Notes under the pieces: model-generated
What the model was told of the DNA's origin: nothing
Database searches by the model: none
The model's input: the letters and a program-made list of their open reading frames with translations, nothing else
Shown here: piece after piece, positions 58,757 through 64,000 of the stretch
Numbering within the stretch: position 1 is the first letter of the stretch
Layout: each line of letters begins with the position of its first letter
Source: Acidobacteriota bacterium
GTDB taxonomy: Bacteria; Acidobacteriota; UBA6911
Reading direction: 5' to 3'
Assembly: GCA_963664705.1 (NCBI GenBank)
Contig: OY761556.1
Location: forward strand, 320,001-384,000
DNA: 64,000 nt
Translations under genes and position numbers: made by a program

Positions 58757-58877
58757 GTGCTGTGCCTCGTCAATCTAAAGCTCCGCGATAACTTCACATA
58801 ATTTGTGCGCGCGAAATTCGCGGCAGGTTGCACCTTCTATCTGCCATTCATTTCGCGCACGCTGGTGTGTCCACTCT

Positions 58878-59618
58878 ATGAGTAATTTTAAACGACAAAT
58901 TTTGCTCTGTGTGCTGCTTATCATCGCGTCTGCAGCGTTCTATTTCCTGCAAATCCGCATCTTTCACGCGGAGAGAGATACTGTCTTTTATCTTTTTCAG
59001 GACCTCGCCTTTCTCCCGATCCAGGTGCTGCTCGTAACGGTGTTTGTCGATCAGGTGTTCCGCATCCATGAAAAAATAACCATGCTGACCAAGTTGAACA
59101 TGGTGATCGGTGCGTTCTTCAGCGAAGTCGGTACCGCGCTCCTGAGATCTTTTTCGGAGTTTGACGTTAATTTCGAACGGATATGCGGGAAAATGCTGGT
59201 AACGGAATCATGGAGTGAGAAAACTTTCCGGGAAGTGTCACGGGAGGTGAATACGCTCCCATACAATCTGGACCTTACGGGAAAAAATCTGAATCAGCTC
59301 AGAGAGAAAATGGCGGCAAAGAGGGATTTCCTGCTGAGGCTGCTTGAAAACCAGAACCTGTTGGAGCATGACACTTTTACAAACCTGCTCTGGGCGGTAT
59401 TTCATCTGAGTGAAGAACTACAGGCGCGAGAAGATCTGTCCCAACTCAGTGGATCGGACCGCGCTCATCTCGCCATCGACATGAAGCGGGCGTATGTTCT
59501 GCTGATTGTCGAATGGCTGGCTTACATGAAGCATTTGAAAAAGGAATATCCGTATCTGTTCTCACTGGCAGTCCGGCTGAATCCTTTCGATCCGGCTGCC
59601 TCGCCGGTGGTGAAGTAG
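58878..59618 (+). CDS. Conserved hypothetical membrane protein
   Basis: Two N-terminal TM helices, DLAFLPIQVLLVT, KLNMVIGAFFSEVG, YPYLFSLAVRLNPF. Confidence 0.72.
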   Translation: MSNFKRQILLCVLLIIASAAFYFLQIRIFHAERDTVFYLFQDLAFLPIQVLLVTVFVDQVFRIHEKITMLTKLNMVIGAFFSEVGTALLRSFSEFDVNFERICGKMLVTESWSEKTFREVSREVNTLPYNLDLTGKNLNQLREKMAAKRDFLLRLLENQNLLEHDTFTNLLWAVFHLSEELQAREDLSQLSGSDRAHLAIDMKRAYVLLIVEWLAYMKHLKKEYPYLFSLAVRLNPFDPAASPVVK

Positions 59619-59629
59619 CGGGCATAACC

Positions 59630-59666
59630 GAGACGCGCCCCGCAGGCATGCAATGGGGCGCGTCTC
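59630..59666. terminator. Hairpin (terminator or REP-like) between convergent genes
   Basis: GAGACGCGCCCC / GGGGCGCGTCTC 12-bp perfect stem. Confidence 0.6.
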
Positions 59667-59671
59667 CAGAT

Positions 59672-60238
59672 TTAGTAGATCTGAAACCTCCGGCCGTTTC
59701 CGAAAGTCATCGAGGGTTTCGCATCGGCTTTGGATACGTGAAAAGCCACCCAGCCCTCAACGGCGTCGCCTGCAAACAGCTTCGTGTCCAGATTCACTTT
59801 CGGGTATGCAATCGAGACAGGATCGTATTCCTTCCCATTCTCGGCGAAGGCAGTAAACATGTTTTCTCTCAAGAGGAAGCTTTTATTCCCCGGTTCAGAT
59901 TTGGTGGAGTAGGAGAAACGTATTTTCGCCACAAGATATTCCATGCCGGAAGCAGGTGGCTTGTTTGTGGCGTTTGCCTCTTTGATCAAGTCCCAGGCTT
60001 TTTCGCCGCGCGTTACCTGCAAAACGACAATCTGTCCTTCATAAAGCTCGGCATAGCTGCTGTAGGAATCCCCGGATTGTATGGCAAATGCCAGGGGCTG
60101 TCCGACCGGGATTCCTTCCGATGTCTTGTTACCTGAGGAAACCTGGGCGCCGGACCGGTGAGAGCCGGCGATTCCCAGGAGTAGCATGAACGCCAAGGTT
60201 CGTCCTGATCTGATCCAGTCTGTCATTGCCATCGACAT
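59672..60238 (-). CDS. Exported beta-rich protein, DUF4352-like
   Basis: Signal peptide; VTRGEKAWDLIKEAN..GMEYLVAKIRF..LFAGDAVEGWVAF. Confidence 0.65.
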   Translation of the reverse strand: MSMAMTDWIRSGRTLAFMLLLGIAGSHRSGAQVSSGNKTSEGIPVGQPLAFAIQSGDSYSSYAELYEGQIVVLQVTRGEKAWDLIKEANATNKPPASGMEYLVAKIRFSYSTKSEPGNKSFLLRENMFTAFAENGKEYDPVSIAYPKVNLDTKLFAGDAVEGWVAFHVSKADAKPSMTFGNGRRFQIY

Positions 60239-60269
60239 CTCTTTCCTCTACGAAATCCGGCAGCCATCT

Positions 60270-62048
60270 TCAATTGCGACCGGCTTTGGTGAGTGTGGCT
60301 CCGCGCACTTTTCTGACCGAATGTCCCCAATTGAGTCCGCCATAGCTCATGAGCAGGGTATAGCCGGGAGATCCGCCGGCAACATAAATGTGAATATCCT
60401 CCGGGCTCTGAACTGCCGGCACATTACCGCCGGCCTTCAGTGCCTCCCGGAAGAGCTCGGCACGCCCTGGCTTCCAGCGGCCATTGTCGAGTGTGGAAGC
60501 AATGGAGCGGGCATTTTCCGGCGCCAGCCTGGAAAACGGCGTGCGCGATTTTTCATAGAGCCATTCCTGCAGGCTCTTTCTCGTATAACCCATTTGCGCC
60601 AGTTCCTTGGCACAATCGGGATCAAACACGATCACATATTTCATGGTCGCCACATATAACCCTGGTGCCACGATATTGGAGACAATTCTGTCGAGCACAT
60701 TTTGTGCCGTGGACAGAGCGACGGCTCCTCCGCCCAGCGTAGGAAACTGGCCTCCGACAGTGGATACGGTTACAACACTGTCTTCCTTGCCCAATCCATT
60801 CTCCGTATAGTCGGGTTCCAACGGGCTGATCTCATTTGTCGCAAATGTGTAGAATGTGTAGGACGAAACGCGGCCCGTCAGTCCCATATCATTGACGGCC
60901 GGCCATGTCTGCCCGATATTCAGGAGGCACAATCGCAACGCGCGTCCCACGGTACTGTTGGCCCGCCAGCCGTGGCCCAGAAGGCCGATGCCGGAGTTGA
61001 AATTGAGCTCTTTGGCAATCGGTCCTGACACGATGACGGCAGGAATGAAGGATCCTGTGGATGCCTGCAGGTGCGTTAGGTCGAAATTGCTATCCGTAAA
61101 GCCTTCCATGGCGGCGATGATGACCGGGAGGTATTCAGGCTTGGCTCCGGCCATTACCGCGTTGATGGCGATCTTCCTTATCGTTGCCACGCCATTCTTG
61201 GGTTGAACAATACCGATTACTTCATCGGGCGAGCGGCTTGTTCCGCTCAACATGAGCTTGACGGCGTCCTCCGTGGGCGGAAGGATCGGCAATCCGTCGG
61301 CCCAGCGCCTTTCAAGAAAGATCTCGTTGATCTTTTCCAGCGCGGCACTGATGTTTGGAGCGGAAACCTTGATTGGGGCTTCCTCTGATTTTTTTACAAC
61401 CGGTTTGGGGCTGGATTCGGCCGCCGTAACCGGATGCGTCAGGCTTTCGATAATTTGGCCGAGCGCTGCCTCGGCAACCGGTTTCACTTCTTTGGCTGTG
61501 ATTCGAGCCCGATAGTATTGGTCCGCCGGAACGGCCACAATCCGCAGTGTGGACATCCCGTTGTCTTCCGCCGAATTTCTGGCATCGTGAAGGAAATTAT
61601 CGGTTGTGATATATACGCCCGGCTTGCCTGCCATTTCGATTTTGACTGTGTCGTGGGCACCCCACCACGTGCAGGACCCTCAATCACCGGTTGCAAGGAT
61701 GAACGTATCGAATTGCTTCACAACCTCGGGGTACCAGTCTTTCTTGTCGAACAAAGGTTTCCCCGGCGGCATTGGAGGCGCTACAAATTTTGCGTTGGGA
61801 TACTTCTGTTTCAGGAGGTCCTGGATTGCATCGAGGAAATTTCGCGCCCCTGCCTTGGTGTTGTCGATCAACGCAATCGTCTTTCCGTTCAAGTCATCAA
61901 CCCGCGGCCGGATTCCCACCTGCTTCGGCGGCATGATCTCTCCGCGCGGGTTCAGTACCGTCAACGATACTTCCGCTGCAATCGCCTGGGCGCAACCAAG
62001 CAGCGCCAGCAGCGATATTATCCAAATCCACCGTGCCCCTTTTTTCAT
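60270..62048 (-). CDS. UGSC-family selenoprotein fused to a ~450-aa partner domain (592 aa, Sec123)
   Basis: In-frame TGA at 61682-61680 in the context ATGD-U-GSCTWWG..HD, read through 15 sense codons into ORF 60270-61634; hairpin just downstream of the UGA. Confidence 0.85.
61650..61668 (-). promoter_or_regulatory. Candidate bacterial SECIS hairpin
   Basis: GT-G-GTGGG-GTG-CCCAC-G-AC stem-loop, G-starting loop 20 nt after the UGA. Confidence 0.5.
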
Positions 62049-62197
62049 TTGTCTGCCTTTCCCTTGCACATGAAGGATTCTCACCCGGTGAAGGAAATTC
62101 AATGACAACGCCATAGAACGGTTTTGCGAATGGGCCGATGCTATCATCGGGTTTGTGGAAGATCAAGAAGGCTGGGAGCAGCGATGCCCGATAAAGT

Positions 62198-63913
62198 TCA
62201 TTCAAGGGCAACCGCTTCGAATGGGGCCAGGAGAATACTGTCTAGTACCGTTTCCGATGCGCGTGCCGGATTGCTGCTTAGTTTTACTTTTATGGGAGCA
62301 TTCCGGCCGAGGCTAATCCTTCGAACCTGGTTCGACATATTCAGCGCTACAATTACTTCCTGGCCCCCGCTCTTTCGACTGTAGACGAAGACACAAGGAT
62401 CTTTCCCAATCGACGAGTAGCTTCCCGATAGAATTGCCGGCGAGCTTCGGCGCAGCCGCACTGCGTTCTTGAAGAAACTCAGAATTGAATTCCGGTCTTG
62501 TTCCATGACCGCAACATTGCGTGTGGCTGCCGCCGACGGTACCGGCAACCAACTCTTTGGGGCGGTCGAGAAACCGGCATTGCGTCCGCCGGTCCATTGC
62601 ATCGGAGTTCGTTCGCCGTCGCGCCCCTTGTCCTTCGGCCAAAATCGTTTTCCGACAGGGTCGCGCACATCCTCAATCCGTTGCGGGAGCGTTGTTTTCA
62701 TTCCAATTTCTTCTCCATAATAAAAAAATGGAGAACCGCGCAGAGTCAGGAGCATCAGGATCAATAGCTTGGCAATCTCGTCGTTATGCGTGCCGTCGCC
62801 GAGCCGATCGTAGGCGCGCGCATTGTCGTGGTTGCTCAGGACATAATTGATCGGCCGGTTTCGAAGAACTCTCTCAAGGTCATCAACTGTTTTGCGAAAA
62901 GCTTTGGCGTCCAATTTGGGTTGGGTCAGCAGGAAAAAATTGAACGGCATCTCGAACTCATCATCACGGCTGCCATAATACGCTAGCAGATCTGCCACCT
63001 TCGGTGGATAGGTTTCGCCCAGCAGAATATGACCCGGGCCAAACTCATCCGCAACGCGGCGAAGCTTCCGGAATACTCCGTGATTTTCCTGAAGACCGCT
63101 GGTGTACTTATATCCCTGCTCCGGTTCGCCGTCGGGGCGAATGTTGCCGGTCAGCGGATTGTTGCTCATTTTGGGGTCTTCGAAGATCGTATCGATTGCA
63201 TCGACACGGAATCCGTCGATGCCCCTGCGAAACCAGAAGCGTACCGAGTTGAACATTGCATCGGCGACACTTGAATTGCGCCAATTCAGGTCAGGTTGTG
63301 CCGCATAGAAAAAGTGATAATAGTACTGCATCGTTTTTGCATCCCAGGTCCAGGAGCTCCCGCCGAAAAGCGATCCCCAATTATTGGGCGGGCCACCGGA
63401 CGGTCCGGCATTTTTCCATATATACCAGTCTCTCTTGGGATTGTTGCGCGAGGATCTTGATTCAAGGAAGAAAGGATGCCGGTCCGATGTATGGTTGATA
63501 ACAAAATCACAGATGATTTTGATATGACGCCGATGAGCCTCCTTAACCAGCCGATCGAAGTCCGCCAGCGTTCCGAACTGCGGGTCCACAGCTTCATAAT
63601 TACTGACGTCATAACCAAAATCCACCTGTGGAGAAGGGTAGAAGGGCGTAATCCAAAGAGCGTCGATCCCGATCCCGGCAAGGTAATCGAGTTTTGAAAT
63701 TATTCCATTAAGATCTCCGATTCCATCGGCGTTCGTATCCATGAAACTGCGCGGATAGATTTCATAGAAAACGGCATTTCCCCACCACTCGGATGCTGGG
63801 GCCGGCGATAGCGGCATGCTCTTCGGGTGCTGAGCCACAGTCCATGTGGCGACGAGGATTGCGAAGAAGAGGGATAAGAGGGCAAGGATTCGAAATCCGC
63901 GGGTGCCAGCCAT
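62198..63913 (-). CDS. GH13 alpha-glucosidase/oligo-1,6-glucosidase with signal peptide
   Basis: YEIYPRSF..DGIGDL, DFGYDVS, DFVINHTS, DGFRVDA, LGE, LSNHD, GRDGERTPMQW. Confidence 0.92.
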   Translation of the reverse strand: MAGTRGFRILALLSLFFAILVATWTVAQHPKSMPLSPAPASEWWGNAVFYEIYPRSFMDTNADGIGDLNGIISKLDYLAGIGIDALWITPFYPSPQVDFGYDVSNYEAVDPQFGTLADFDRLVKEAHRRHIKIICDFVINHTSDRHPFFLESRSSRNNPKRDWYIWKNAGPSGGPPNNWGSLFGGSSWTWDAKTMQYYYHFFYAAQPDLNWRNSSVADAMFNSVRFWFRRGIDGFRVDAIDTIFEDPKMSNNPLTGNIRPDGEPEQGYKYTSGLQENHGVFRKLRRVADEFGPGHILLGETYPPKVADLLAYYGSRDDEFEMPFNFFLLTQPKLDAKAFRKTVDDLERVLRNRPINYVLSNHDNARAYDRLGDGTHNDEIAKLLILMLLTLRGSPFFYYGEEIGMKTTLPQRIEDVRDPVGKRFWPKDKGRDGERTPMQWTGGRNAGFSTAPKSWLPVPSAAATRNVAVMEQDRNSILSFFKNAVRLRRSSPAILSGSYSSIGKDPCVFVYSRKSGGQEVIVALNMSNQVRRISLGRNAPIKVKLSSNPARASETVLDSILLAPFEAVALE

Positions 63914-64000
63914 TGAATCTCCTCCTGCTTGAGAGATCCGCGTGAATGATTATTGCAGGTTCCGTTGCTAGACGGTATCAGCGGGACGTCGAAACAAATT

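Overview
Bacterial chromosomal DNA, probably from an anaerobic member of Acidobacteriota (inferred from the acidobacterial-type VWA and TonB proteins, the 2-oxoacid:ferredoxin oxidoreductase and a selenoprotein). Positions 1-54.5 kb are mostly housekeeping and envelope genes: wbpB/wbpD, dsbA, two tandem HtrA proteases with a sigma54 two-component system, korDABC, addBA, nupC, a ClpX-like ATPase, ldcA/spmAB, hppA, an ECF sigma/anti-sigma pair, tonB/exbD, a two-component system, queF, cysK, ribF, gatCA, rsmI, pdxJ and a frameshifted gltX. After tRNA-Ser(GCT) comes an accessory-looking region. Most notable: (1) a four-helix-bundle (23S rRNA intervening-sequence-protein/Avd-like) gene bracketed by oppositely oriented GATTCCA heptamer arrays, with a cargo-less inverted copy of the same arrays and three further heptamer families at gene junctions, suggesting a repeat-flanked insertion system; (2) an unannotated, apparently exported UGSC selenoprotein that the ORF track splits at an in-frame UGA; (3) a RAYT-like HUH transposase enclosed by 25-bp imperfect inverted repeats with tandemly duplicated outer ends next to the tRNA. 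All calls come from reading the sequence and recognising motifs; no database searches were run.
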